A stretch of DNA of 63,274 nt, counting the filler, from Globobulimina sp. (lineage: Eukaryota): assembly GCA_003354225.1 (NCBI GenBank). It is 53 parts of 53 records of this genome, joined end to end, with 100 filler letters (N's around TTAATTAATTAA, not from the genome) between each part and the next. Parts side by side here need not be neighbours in the genome. Positions count along the whole stretch, not along the records: positions 23,925 to 25,020 come from PIVH01023649.1; positions 25,121 to 26,216 come from PIVH01023650.1; positions 26,317 to 27,412 come from PIVH01023651.1; positions 27,513 to 28,608 come from PIVH01023652.1; positions 28,709 to 29,804 come from PIVH01023653.1; positions 29,905 to 31,000 come from PIVH01023654.1; positions 31,101 to 32,196 come from PIVH01023655.1; positions 32,297 to 33,392 come from PIVH01023656.1; 45 more parts are not named here. One strand, given 5' to 3'. The position numbers and the translations under genes were made by a program. Shown here in pieces: positions 23,956-35,884 of the stretch. The notes beneath the pieces were generated by a model. That model was not told where the DNA came from and did no database searches. It worked only from the letters and a program-made list of their open reading frames with translations. How positions within the stretch are numbered: position 1 is the stretch's first letter; every line of letters starts with the position of its first letter.

Positions 23956-24672
23956 TTGATTTGGTGCGGTCTTCTACCTCTTTATTCTGCCTTCTTCACA
24001 ACAAGAAGAATTCAATATTCTGCACTTATTTTATGTTTTTCCTCTTATCTCATAATTGGGAGATATTTTAGTAATACTCCGTTACAGCTCCTTTCTTCCA
24101 ACACTTTTCATAGTATGAAAATTAATATACAAAACAGTAAAATGCGAAATACCGGACATTCAGCATATATTATGATTGGCAGATCCGATTATTTTGTGGA
24201 TCCTGCTTTGATGATATTCGATTTATACCATACTTTAGCCATTTTATCCAGGAAATTACCACATTTTTATTCATGGAATCAAAATTCCTTTTTATTCCAA
24301 CATTTAAATTCACCCATTAATACTGATCAATTTCGTACTCGTTATCGCAAATTAATTGATTTCGTTGGATATTTTCAAGCATCACGTTTAGGTAAACCCC
24401 ATGGTTTAAGAAAGGGCTTTGCTTCACAATTAAGCCGATGTGGAGTCGATAGAGGTGTCATTGCATGGGTTGGCAGATGGTTTTTGAAAGAATCGTATTA
24501 TATTTATGTAAATTACACGGAAGGGGAAATGATTAAATTAAGCAGCATATATTTTAATGATAAATTTGTTCCAAAATTTGATTTGATGGACAAGTTTGAC
24601 TTTGATGATGAAGAAGAAAATTATTTCATTGAAAAATACACAAATAAGACTGGTTACATTTATACAGATTAA
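23956..24672 (+). mobile_element. Tyrosine recombinase of DIRS/Ngaro/Crypton type (C-terminal part)
   Basis: HGLRKGFAS (HxxR), GRW and downstream Y (ESYYIYV); SK motif upstream. Confidence 0.85.
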
Positions 24673-25219
24673 TTATAATTATCGGAAGGGATTTTTTATT
24701 ATATTTTATTAGTTATTTGTATGTTAAGTTTGTTATTAGTTATTTGTATGTATATATTAATAATCAAGTTATGTTAAGTTTGTTGTTTTGGTTTCTGTTT
24801 GTTTGTCAACCAAAACAATAATAGTTTTAATTTTAAATATAAAATTTTTCCCAACCGATTAACGAGTTTCCATTATCATACGAGTTTCCATATCATTTCT
24901 ATATCATTTCCCCTCAATATTATTTATCACAATCTAAGCTAAAACGCAGTGTGTTTCTCCTTTTTTATCCTGTTCGTGTTAGGCATTGTGGGCTTGCAAC
25001 TATTTTGCGGGCAGTTTGGANNNNNNNNNNNNNNNNNNNNNNNNNNNNNNNNNNNNNNNNNNNNTTAATTAATTAANNNNNNNNNNNNNNNNNNNNNNNN
25101 NNNNNNNNNNNNNNNNNNNNGCAAAAGTTCTAAATAGTAGTAACTAATTAGTATGGTACTGTGTTTCTATTCTGAAAGTATACTGTAGGATATGTCTAAT
25201 CGACGCTTTATATTTATAG

Positions 25220-26216
25220 CACGCCATTCCTTGACATGGATGATAATATTAGCCGTAAAAAAGTTGTATTTTTCGGTGGTTCACATGGCGGATTCTTGGG
25301 AGCACATTTATCTGCACAATTTCCGGTAATAAAATTTACATATTATAATTTATTATGAAAGTATGACATTTTAGGACTTTTACAAGGCAATAGTATTAAG
25401 AAACCCGGTATGTTTTTTTGTAATTTTTGTTGCTTGTAAAAGTCCTGATGTCAGAGGGATATTTTTTTTGTTTCTTGAAAACTCAGTAGTTTCAGGACTT
25501 TTACAAAGCGATTGTACTTCTTAATCCTGTTTTTAATTTTTCTGGTGAGAATTTAGCTATTGTATTATGACCCATAAAATGTTTGTTTCTCTGTACTGTA
25601 CATACAGTAAGTGTTAGAGGTCCATATCGTAACCATCAGAATGGGTTGTGTTTGTGTCACCATATGGTTACCTACTGTAAGAATATATGGTAGCATACTA
25701 CTGTAGGTGCTTTCTGTGGGAACAGTAACCATATAATTTGAAATATCTTACGATTTTCTTTTAGATTATGATCAGTGGTTCAGACATTCCAGATTGGAAT
25801 TATGTTGAAGGTTTAGGAAAAGAATTTGACCCAACTCATATTTTGACACCTGAGGAATATAAAATTTTATGGTCAAAATCACCAATTAGTCATGCATCAC
25901 AGGTATAATTGGTTTTTCTTAAAATTTTTCTTGTACTACCCTGAATAAGGCAAGTGCTATGTATTCTAAACAAATTTTCATTTGAATACTATATTGATTG
26001 CCTTATTCAGGGTAGAACAACATTAGTGAGTCTCGAAACGTAAATGGTAATGTAACATCATACATACACGCACGCGCGCCCACACGCACGCGCGCCCACG
26101 CACGCACAAACTCACACTACATTATATCCTTTTAAGGTTAAAACACCAACAATGTTATTAATGGGAAGCAAAGATGCTCGTGTTGTCCCATTGTTTATGC
26201 CATTTTGGAGAAATCT
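25220..26216 (+). CDS. APEH: Acylamino-acid-releasing enzyme (S9C peptidase), multi-exon and partial; absent from the ORF track
   Basis: Exons 25220-25325 (FGGSHGGFL), 25375-25407 or 25496-25544 (DFYKAIVL.NP), 25765-25902 (SDIPDW..KSPISH) and 26137- (VKTPTMLLMGSKDARV). Confidence 0.9.
25931..26020. repeat. Intronic MITE-like inverted repeat (18-bp perfect arms)
   Basis: CTACCCTGAATAAGGCAA (25936-25953) and TTGCCTTATTCAGGGTAG (25998-26015). Confidence 0.85.
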
Positions 26217-26924
26217 NNNNNNNNNNNNNNNNNNNNNNNNNNNNNNNNNNNNNNNNNNNNTTAATTAATTAANNNNNNNNNNNNNNNNNNNNNNNNNNNN
26301 NNNNNNNNNNNNNNNNTTTTCATTCTCTTTACATTGAGGAATATGCAATTTCATATATTCGAAAGCTTCCTTTGTTTTTTCTTGCAAATTATTTATTTTC
26401 CATTTGATTTCATTTGGTTTCGTTACTGATATTGCATTTTCTGCAGTGTTATTGATAATGGCTTGAATAATATTAAATAGTTTCTCTCCATTTATCTTTT
26501 TTACTGTGTCATTGCGCAGTATTTCATCAATTACTGCTGAATTCTCCCATTCATCCAGATCGTCGATCAGCTCCTCTAAATCTTCAAACTATTTGTTTTT
26601 TTATCAAATTATATTTCTAAAATATAGAAACATTTATCCATACCGTATCATTGCAAAAATCTAGAAATACTTTGGACACATTAGAATTGTTTGGCAGCCT
26701 TTTCGACAGTTTGTCGGCCCATACTTCTGTTTGCGTCTTAAACTCTTTCTCGTCACTTGCCATCATTGCCCAATCGTATCACAGATATTCCGAGTTAGTG
26801 AAATTTCTAAACAAAACATCAAAAAAACAAATCCCACACTTCCCCCTCTCGCCTGTTTCTTTCATCTCCGCATCCGACCAAAAGTAGCATAAGCAACACA
26901 TCGACAAAGTAGCATAAAAATAGA

Positions 26925-27412
26925 ATGGTGCGAGAAATCATCCATGTCCAAGTAGGACAATGCGGCAACCAGATCGGCAATGCCTTCTGGAACACGATGG
27001 GCAAAGAGCATAAATTAGCGTCCGACGGTAAATTCAAAGGCAAAGCCGACAAGCCAGAGGACAAATTAGTATTAGACAAGATCGACGTCTATTACCAGGA
27101 AGCGGGCACCTTGCGATTCGTGCCTCGCGCGTGTTTGGTGGATTTAGAGCCGGGCATCATGGACGTGATCAAGGCCTCGCCCATGGGCGCCTTGTTCAAG
27201 CCGGACAATATGTGCTTTGGTGCTTCGGGAGCCGGCAATAACTGGGCCAAAGGCCATTACACCGAAGGCGCAGAATTGATCGACGAGGCCGTGGACATCA
27301 TCCGCCGCGAAACTGAGGGCTGTGACTGTCCGCAGGGCTTTCAATTGACGCAGTCCATCGGCGGCGGCACCGGCACCGGCATGGGCACCTTGCTCTTATT
27401 GAAGATCCGCGA
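26925..27412 (+). CDS. Divergent type-2 beta-tubulin of Foraminifera/Retaria (5' part)
   Basis: MVREI start, [28 protein letters not shown] and GGGTGTG, with many substitutions and an H1-S2 loop insertion relative to canonical beta-tubulin. Confidence 0.93.
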
Positions 27413-27663
27413 NNNNNNNNNNNNNNNNNNNNNNNNNNNNNNNNNNNNNNNNNNNNTTAATTAATTAANNNNNNNNNNNNNNNNNNNNNNNNNNNNNNNN
27501 NNNNNNNNNNNNATATTTTCTTATTAAAAAAGATAAAAATAATTAGAATATATAATATATATATAATTTACCACTTTTATCAACCACCATTCGTATTACA
27601 CAAACCCGGAAAAAATCTACGCAATAATTACGTCATATCTACATAATCACAATATTATCCACA

Positions 27664-28518
27664 ATGTTTCCTTTAAAAATAACACCTCGTCAAAGCATAT
27701 TACATAATAAGGTATTTCACGAATATGTAGATCAAAAGGCACTATACAGAACGGCCTACGATGTCGATACGTCGCCTAGATACACGCACAAATTATTACA
27801 ATACGATAAATATTATGATCCTTCAACCGCATTAGTTTCAACATATTATCGACATTCGCTAAATGATGTTCTACAAACTGGGAGAGTGTATGTAGAAAAG
27901 GGACGTGGATTACAAGCATTTTCAAAGAACATCCGTAGTGATTTGTGTGCCGATAAATGGACTGATATTGATACTGTTAATGCGTTTCCCACGATATCCT
28001 CTCAAATATTAGAATCCAATCGAATATGTATTTCGCCGTTACAATATTATGTGAAGAATCGAGAGGATGTATTATCATCTATACCATTAAGCCGAAGTGA
28101 AGCCAAATTATTAATGATTAAAGTTATTAACGGTGTAGAACCAATGAATTTACCGGACATTAATTTACCGGACATTGTTTATAGTTTATCCGCCCAATTA
28201 ATACCAATACATAAACATTTAAATAAACAAAATAGCCATTTACCACTCGCAAATCCCAAATTTACAACTGTATATAATAAATTATGTGAGTTTTATGAAA
28301 TGAAAATATTAGAATCAACATACAAAATGATGAAAAATGAATCGATTATTGATACGAGAAACATTGCCGTATTAACATTTGATGGAATAATGGTTATGAG
28401 GAATAGGAAATTGGATTTAGCGTTTTTAAGTGGTCTATCTAATAATGTATTAAAAGAAACAGGATTGAAAGTATCATTTACATACAAGGAGATACGAACG
28501 AGAAACAAAAAGAAATAA
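27664..28518 (+). CDS. PolA-superfamily transposon/virus polymerase (TVpol)-like protein, intronless
   Basis: GRVY...LQ....IR, DID..NA.P (motif A), R..AK......NG (motif B) and LTFDGIMV (motif C). Confidence 0.8.
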   Translation: MFPLKITPRQSILHNKVFHEYVDQKALYRTAYDVDTSPRYTHKLLQYDKYYDPSTALVSTYYRHSLNDVLQTGRVYVEKGRGLQAFSKNIRSDLCADKWTDIDTVNAFPTISSQILESNRICISPLQYYVKNREDVLSSIPLSRSEAKLLMIKVINGVEPMNLPDINLPDIVYSLSAQLIPIHKHLNKQNSHLPLANPKFTTVYNKLCEFYEMKILESTYKMMKNESIIDTRNIAVLTFDGIMVMRNRKLDLAFLSGLSNNVLKETGLKVSFTYKEIRTRNKKK

Positions 28519-28720
28519 AAGTAGTAATTAAATTGTGATATTTTTGTGTTAGTAAATAAATTGTAATATTTTTGTGTTGTGTATTTAATATAAATCAAAA
28601 TGCCTTTTNNNNNNNNNNNNNNNNNNNNNNNNNNNNNNNNNNNNNNNNNNNNTTAATTAATTAANNNNNNNNNNNNNNNNNNNNNNNNNNNNNNNNNNNN
28701 NNNNNNNNATTGATTACGGC

Positions 28721-29804
28721 ATGCCCAATGTATATGTATTCAAAACAGAAACAATTTATCCAAGATATAGTTTCTCAGACTGGTATATTACGGCAACGCA
28801 TAAATCCATAAAAACAGAAGTATTGTATGGTAAAAATCAGCGAATAGACATAGATGAATATAATAATACATTGTTGAAAGGAAGAATGAAATTAAATGGA
28901 TTACAACACACTGTGAAAGGAGCAATTTCAGATTGGGAAATTGTGTATGGGGTCAAAGCAAATTCTCAAATTACATTAAATCACATTTTGGCCATTTTAT
29001 TTTATACGGACTTCACCAATTTAAGCACAGAATTTTCAAAGACATTTAGAAAATTAACAAAAACAGAAAGTGATTATTCATTGAAAAAAAGGCACAGTCA
29101 ATATGCAAATTGGGGGAAATATTTAAGAGAAGCGGTAGATTGTTTTGGCAAAAGCTCTGATTTTATCGGTCCAGTAGATTTGGTCGGTTTGTACCCTGAT
29201 ACTGTACAAACAAAAGCATTATTTTATCACGGTCTATCCTGCAACATGTTATTCAAAAATTTTGATGCACAATTCTGTGGACCTTTATCCACCACACTAC
29301 AGTATTCAACTGCTGTTATGTTTGGTAGTCAAGGCGATGGGGATGGTCTTATTATGACAGTTCATCCGTGTCATGGGTTAGTTACTTATTTTGATTGCAT
29401 TCCGTGGAGTAAGTTTGCTCATGAAAGTGAAATGTTGTTCTGTGGTGGAATAGCACCGTTACGGATTATTGGTTTAACAGCAATTCATGATGAAATAAAT
29501 TATGATAAATATATCCTTCCAATACGCATATTTCAACATAGATTTATTAATGGAAAACCGTCAGCGGTACCACTAATGGTATACCATGAATGTTTTATTA
29601 ATTCAGCTATTTCTATGATTAATACAGATATCGCTGAAAATTACCCGGACTATAACGATATTGCAGAAAATCAACCCAAAATTAAAAATTCAAAACATAT
29701 TTTTCCATTATTCATGAAACAGCAATTTAAAAATGTATGTTTTAACACCCAGGATATTATCATTAACATTGATTTGTTTTTTAACGACCCTTTGTATTAT
29801 ACTG
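28721..29804 (+). CDS. ADP-ribosyltransferase-fold protein (partial)
   Basis: AILFYTD, FYHG, PLSTT...A..F and WS.F..ESEML follow the ART motif order. Confidence 0.65.
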
Positions 29805-29904
29805 NNNNNNNNNNNNNNNNNNNNNNNNNNNNNNNNNNNNNNNNNNNNTTAATTAATTAANNNNNNNNNNNNNNNNNNNNNNNNNNNNNNNNNNNNNNNN
29901 NNNN

Positions 29905-31000
29905 TGTTAGAAACTGTAGCACTCCATACATCCATACAGATATTATTAGTGTCATTCATGCGTTCCATTATTATATTTTATTGATATTATATTCTATTGG
30001 AGAGAATACAGAGGGACAACAAGGTAATGGAGGAAATGAAGATATTGAACAAATAACAAAAATAAAAACATTTGAAAAAGAAATAAAAAATATTGTTACT
30101 TGTGGTGAAGCAGCATATATTTTATTTGATGATGAAACATATGAATGCTGTGGCGATAATAGAAGGGGTGTATTAGGTGTTGGGCATTATAATAATATTA
30201 ATATATGGCATCAAACAAAAGATATGAAAATAAAAAATATATTTTCAGCACCAAACGGATCAGAACATTCATTTTGTATTTCAAATGAGAATAAATTATA
30301 TGCTGTCGGATGGAATTATAATAATCAATTTGGTATAAAAACAAATCAATATACTAATTATAATAATAAATGGATGCCAATTAATACAACATTATCGATC
30401 CAAAAAGTAGCCACAGCAGCGGGATATACAACATTTTTAAGTGGTGATAATGGTAAAATATATGTTGCTGGTTATGATGATGAAGATGGTGGTTTAGGAT
30501 TAGGGGAAGATATTGAATCATCGCCAAATATTCAAGAAATTCAAATAAAAATAAAATTTAAGGATATATCTTGTGGCTGTTCTCATACCTTAGCAATTGA
30601 TGATAATTATGGTGTTTGGTCGTGGGGATATGGTAAACGAGGTAGTTTAGGTCATGGCGATGATAATAATAGATATTCACCAACAAGAATACAATATTTT
30701 ATTCAAAACAATATTAAAATTGGTAAAATATGTTGTGGCTATTCACATAATATATTATTATCATTAAATAACAAAGTTTTGATCTGTTTAGTTATTTTTA
30801 TATAGAAGTGGGACAAATATATTTAATAAATAAATAAGATATATTGTTTTGGAAGGAATAAGGAGTATCAATGTGGCAATGGTTCAAATGAAACTGTTGT
30901 ATATTTACCACAACCAAATGAAACATTAAAAAAGGAAACAATTATTGATATTAAATGTGGTGCGTCTCATAATATTGTTAAAACAGCGGATAACAAATAT
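29905..31000 (+). CDS. RCC1/BLIP-II repeat protein (partial, with an intron near 30776-30838)
   Basis: ISCGCSHTLA...VWSWGYG..GSLGHG repeats. Confidence 0.93.
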
Positions 31001-31112
31001 NNNNNNNNNNNNNNNNNNNNNNNNNNNNNNNNNNNNNNNNNNNNTTAATTAATTAANNNNNNNNNNNNNNNNNNNNNNNNNNNNNNNNNNNNNNNNNNNN
31101 CAGTTAGACTTA

Positions 31113-32196
31113 ATGCATCAAATTATTTCGTCGCAAACAATTAAAGATAAAAATAATAATAAATCCATAAAAATCCGCAAAAGTATTATAAAAAACACCC
31201 ATCAAAACAACAATTTCTTTGATAAATTACCGAATGAATGCATTGATAAAATGTGTGATTATTTGCGAAATGACGAGATAAAAAATTTTAAATTAGCATC
31301 AAGACAAATTGCTATAATTTGTTTACAGCAAATGAATAAAATTACCATTGGGATAATTAATGCAAATTCAGTTCTTAATAAAACATATATTGATTTAAAA
31401 AAAATGATTAAATTTTCCAGACATACACCAATGAAAAGATTTCATTCATTACAACAAGAATGGAGTCAGCAGTTTAATATTTCCGTTGAAAATCAGTTAA
31501 TATTTGAAATCGATTGGATTCATCGCAAATTTACATACAATCGATTGGATACAAATAATGTTTATATTGCATTACATACAATCGACAGAGCAGCATATTT
31601 GATGATCGATAGACGAAATATTATAATTTTTAGTAAGCACAAAATCCGAAAATACGATATTGAATGTGATACATTCAAATCTTTAAAAAATTATAAATTA
31701 ATGATATTGGAATATTTAGATATTATGAGTCAACAAATAGTAACAGCACAATTTATTTTATATGAAGAAAATATCACATTTGAAGAATTATTTATATATT
31801 AAATATAAATGGATTCGAATTGATAATATTAAACATGAATGGCTCTTGGAATTAAACCATTGTTTAAAACGAATGAGTTCAGATCCGTATAATACAGAAT
31901 TGTGTTTTTATATTCATAAATGGAAAGGAATGGTGGGGCCAATTAGAAATATGAAAGATTCACCAAAATGTAATGAATATACATTTCAGATAAATCACAG
32001 ACATCCACGGATACAATTAAATGAATCAATGAATAGAAGCTATATGGCACCAAATTATGACAATGTAGGAGGAAGTGGAGGATATTCCCCATTGAATGAT
32101 GATATTTTAATGAGAAATTATTTTTCATCGTCATCCAATCCAGAATTATCAGAATCATCTTATGATTCATCATCGTCATATGTTACATATATGTCA
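31113..32196 (+). CDS. F-box-like protein with a frameshift near 31800
   Basis: FFDKLPNECIDKMCDYL...FKLASR; the reading frame continues in overlapping ORF 31762. Confidence 0.6.
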
Positions 32197-32304
32197 NNNN
32201 NNNNNNNNNNNNNNNNNNNNNNNNNNNNNNNNNNNNNNNNTTAATTAATTAANNNNNNNNNNNNNNNNNNNNNNNNNNNNNNNNNNNNNNNNNNNNCCAT
32301 TAAC

Positions 32305-33392
32305 ATGAAAACAGCCATTCCTGCAAACTTTTGTTATTATGTCAACGATGGTACACACGTTAATATTTATGGCTTTTCGTCCTGTTATAAAAACAGGAGT
32401 ACTTCGGTATATTCACATACATCATCAGCTGCATCGGTATCGACTGCGTCAACTTCGACTAAAACCTCGGCAGAGTCCCCATCGGTCTCTGCAACGGCAA
32501 CGGAATTGTTAGCCGTGAGTGGCAACATAAAGTACAAGAAATTACACGAAGAAATCAACAAATTAAAAGAAATCGAATCTTCACAGTTAGAACAACAATA
32601 TCGAAGAATGGTGTTGAAAGATTCTATTTTTTTGGAGAATTATCGGAGACAAATCTATCCACAAAATGTTACTTTATATAATTGGATTGAATTTACCTGT
32701 TTTCCGACATTGGTGTATGAGCCGTTATATCCGCGGACATCGTCAGTTCGAATTTTGTATATTTTGGAGAAAATCTGTATATGTTTGCTTATTTTAGCGT
32801 TTATGTTTGCCATTTTGGAACAGTTTATGTTGAAGAGTTTAACTTTGGAGTCGCAGTCGGAACCGATTGAAACTATTATAAACTTATTAGTGCCTGCGAC
32901 ATTGATGGAGATAGCAGGCTTTTTTGTGGTGTTTGATTGTATGATGAATTGTATAGCGGAGCTGACATGTTTTGCGGACAGGGAATTCTATCAAGATTGG
33001 TGGAATAGTACATCATTTGAGGAGTTTGCCCGCAAATGGAACCGGCCGGTGCATGAGTTTTTGTTAAGGCATGTTTATTATGAAAGTATGAGTACTTATA
33101 AATTGAGCAAAGGAGTAGCTATGGCCGGAACGTTTATTTTTTCCATTGCTCTCCACGAAGTGGTGTTATGTGCCTGTTTGCATAAATTTTCACCATGGTT
33201 GGCATTTTTGAGTTTGATGCAATTGCCTTTAATGCCAATTATGACTTCACCTGCGTTTAAAAATAAGCCGCTTGGAAATATTGTGTTTTGGGTCGGGATT
33301 ATAATAGGTATTATATGTTGTTTGTTACTGTTTTTGTTGTTTTATTGGAATGAAATATATTTAGGTATGCCAATTACAATGGTACTGTATGC
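32305..33392 (+). CDS. MBOAT sterol O-acyltransferase/DGAT1 family (partial)
   Basis: PTLVYEP.YPRT, FADREFYQDWWNS, WNRPVH and catalytic HE. Confidence 0.95.
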
Positions 33393-33492
33393 NNNNNNNN
33401 NNNNNNNNNNNNNNNNNNNNNNNNNNNNNNNNNNNNTTAATTAATTAANNNNNNNNNNNNNNNNNNNNNNNNNNNNNNNNNNNNNNNNNNNN

Positions 33493-33808
33493 CGGACAAA
33501 AATGATGAAGAAGTACCTGATGAATTTTGCGGTATACTGTATATATATATATATATATATGTATATTGTGAATATATATTATGTTTTAACAATCAGATCC
33601 AATTACTTTTGAACTAATGAAGGAACCAACATTGGTGATAGTGTCGGGAGTAACATAAGAAAAGAGCGTGATTGAGGATTATATTAAAGAAAATGGGCAA
33701 GATCCAATGACGAGACAATCAGTCACAATTAATCAGTTGGTACCAAACAGGGCATTAAGGGATACAATTGAACGATGGATGAAAACACATCCTGCAATAC
33801 TTGAGTGA
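33493..33808 (+). pseudogene. U-box protein C-terminus with an in-frame TAA; intron 33532-33596
   Basis: VPDEFC|DPITFELMKEP...SGVT*EKSVIE...DPMTRQ..LVPNRALRDTIE; the stop at 33656-33658 replaces the conserved Tyr. Confidence 0.8.
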
Positions 33809-34015
33809 TGAAGTCATGTTTGTGTTTGTTGTGTTTAATTATAAGTGTAATATAAAACATAATTATAAGAGAGTTTACTTGTTTTCATGGCGATCGCGAC
33901 CAAATAATTCTATGACACAGAGGAGCGAATGTGATGGTTGTTTCGGTTATGTGGAAAACACTGAAAACATTTGATGAATGCTAGAGTAGCATTTTATTAA
34001 TGTGCCTGCAATAGA

Positions 34016-34588
34016 TCATGAAGAAGTTGCTTGCAAGAAGTCAATTGTGTTATCAATAGTTTTTAAAAGCTTTGAGGTGTAAATATGTCGAATTGTTAAT
34101 GAAATCCTTTTATGTTTTCTCAATAATTTGTGACCAATGTTTAAATTTTTATTTTTGATTAAATGTAAATTTAGAACATTTTTATCGATGATATCATATT
34201 TACATTCATGAATGGTATGGAAGTATTTGTCATATAAATCATTTTTAAATATTAAACAACTTTGTGGTTCTAATATAATTTGGTACTTTGCTGGAGAGTC
34301 AATATTATTATTATGTAAAGGTGGTTTCTCATAAAAATTGATACATAACGTTGATATCAATGATATTATAATAACACACGAATAGTATTTGGGTCCATCT
34401 CTATGAGCAATAATACCTTCACCGGTTTTATATTCATTTATTAAAATGTGGTTTGCATTCATTTTATTTTCGATATTCGAATCAAACACTAATTTTTTGA
34501 AGATGTCTAAACACCAAATTGGCACTCTTTCAATGTTAAATTTATTTAAATTGTTTCTGTCTGCTTTGCCGCCCCAACATTGCAACCT
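34016..34588 (-). CDS. ALKBH6: AlkB-family 2OG-Fe(II) dioxygenase, ALKBH6-like (partial)
   Basis: WGG, ANHILINEY..GEGIIAHRDGP.Y, H and RISLTIR. Confidence 0.85.
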   Translation of the reverse strand, partial: RLQCWGGKADRNNLNKFNIERVPIWCLDIFKKLVFDSNIENKMNANHILINEYKTGEGIIAHRDGPKYYSCVIIISLISTLCINFYEKPPLHNNNIDSPAKYQIILEPQSCLIFKNDLYDKYFHTIHECKYDIIDKNVLNLHLIKNKNLNIGHKLLRKHKRISLTIRHIYTSKLLKTIDNTIDFLQATSS

Positions 34589-34688
34589 NNNNNNNNNNNN
34601 NNNNNNNNNNNNNNNNNNNNNNNNNNNNNNNNTTAATTAATTAANNNNNNNNNNNNNNNNNNNNNNNNNNNNNNNNNNNNNNNNNNNN

Positions 34689-35742
34689 AATTGTTCGTGT
34701 TGCTGTTGTGATTTTTCTTGTTATTCTCGGCATCGTTGGGCTTTGACTGTTTCTCTGTGACGCTGTATGTCTTTTTTATTCTATATTTGGAGGAGAGGTC
34801 CATTCCCTCCGTCTGTTTCGCGATCAATACATCCAACGCATCGTCATCTAATATTATCTGGTTTTGGTCATTGACGGTGATGACTTTGTTGAATATCAAA
34901 TGTCCGAGATCGTTATCATGGAATCTCTGTTTGACTAATTTATGGAATGTAAACGCCAATTGATCCATCGTTGACAATTCATCCCATTTCACTGCATTGC
35001 CATTAACGGTCATATTTAATATGGAAGCAAGTCCAAACGAATGATAATACAAAGTGAGGGTTTGCTCATTGGGCGCATTGCCATTGAAGGGAGTGCCTTT
35101 GTAGCCGTCCTCGAATTGGGGTCTTGTTGTGCCACACCCATCACATTTGGCTGTCAAATGGCCACATTTGGCCTTGATATTTGCTTTGTTAATATTGCTC
35201 AATACTTTCTCAATAAACGCGTTATCTTTGCGATTTTGGATCATTTGGTATTTTCTATGCTGTTTCGCTTCGACTAATTTGGCATCAAAGCTCGCGCATT
35301 TTCCCGGTGCCGTACAATACATTGAAGGGCAATGGTAGCAATTTGCTGTTCTATTCGTGCACATTGCGCCTCTTTCCACTATGTCATCGAGATATGTCTC
35401 CAATACGTTTGCTATCATTCCATTAATTACCACGGTGTTGCATGCTAATATTAAGTTTGTATACGGTTTATTTTCATCGGTCAGATCTTCCAACGGGACT
35501 CCGGTGAGTACATAACAGGGCGTATCCTCTGTGCTACATTTGAAGGAGTGATGATTTGAATGTGTTTGATGTGGGTGCGGATAGCCAATGATGTGTAGCG
35601 AGGTAATCGGTGGGCATAGTTGATGTATGACATAATCTACTTCTTTTTTGTATAAATAAGGGGAAACAATGTGGCATGACAATAAATTGCCATTAACCAC
35701 CGAATTCTGCATTGTACAAAACCACGATCTGATGGCATCCAT
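34689..35742 (-). CDS. Hypothetical Cys/His-rich protein (intronless, partial)
   Basis: Long ORF with CYHC..YC...C and CGH...CDGC clusters. Confidence 0.6.
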
Positions 35743-35884
35743 TGGTGGTGTACGTAAATTTAATGTGATTAATTTCGGATCTTTNNNNNNNNNNNNNNNN
35801 NNNNNNNNNNNNNNNNNNNNNNNNNNNNTTAATTAATTAANNNNNNNNNNNNNNNNNNNNNNNNNNNNNNNNNNNNNNNNNNNN

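Noticed and set aside
26020-26047. Second hammerhead (GAG-T-CTC-GAAACGTA)
   Set aside because: No usable CUGANGA-type box and stem II is too short.
33656-33658. TAA read as Tyr (alternative genetic code)
   Set aside because: Single instance, one substitution from TAT/TAC, and other genes here end in TAA. Mutation or sequencing error is more likely.
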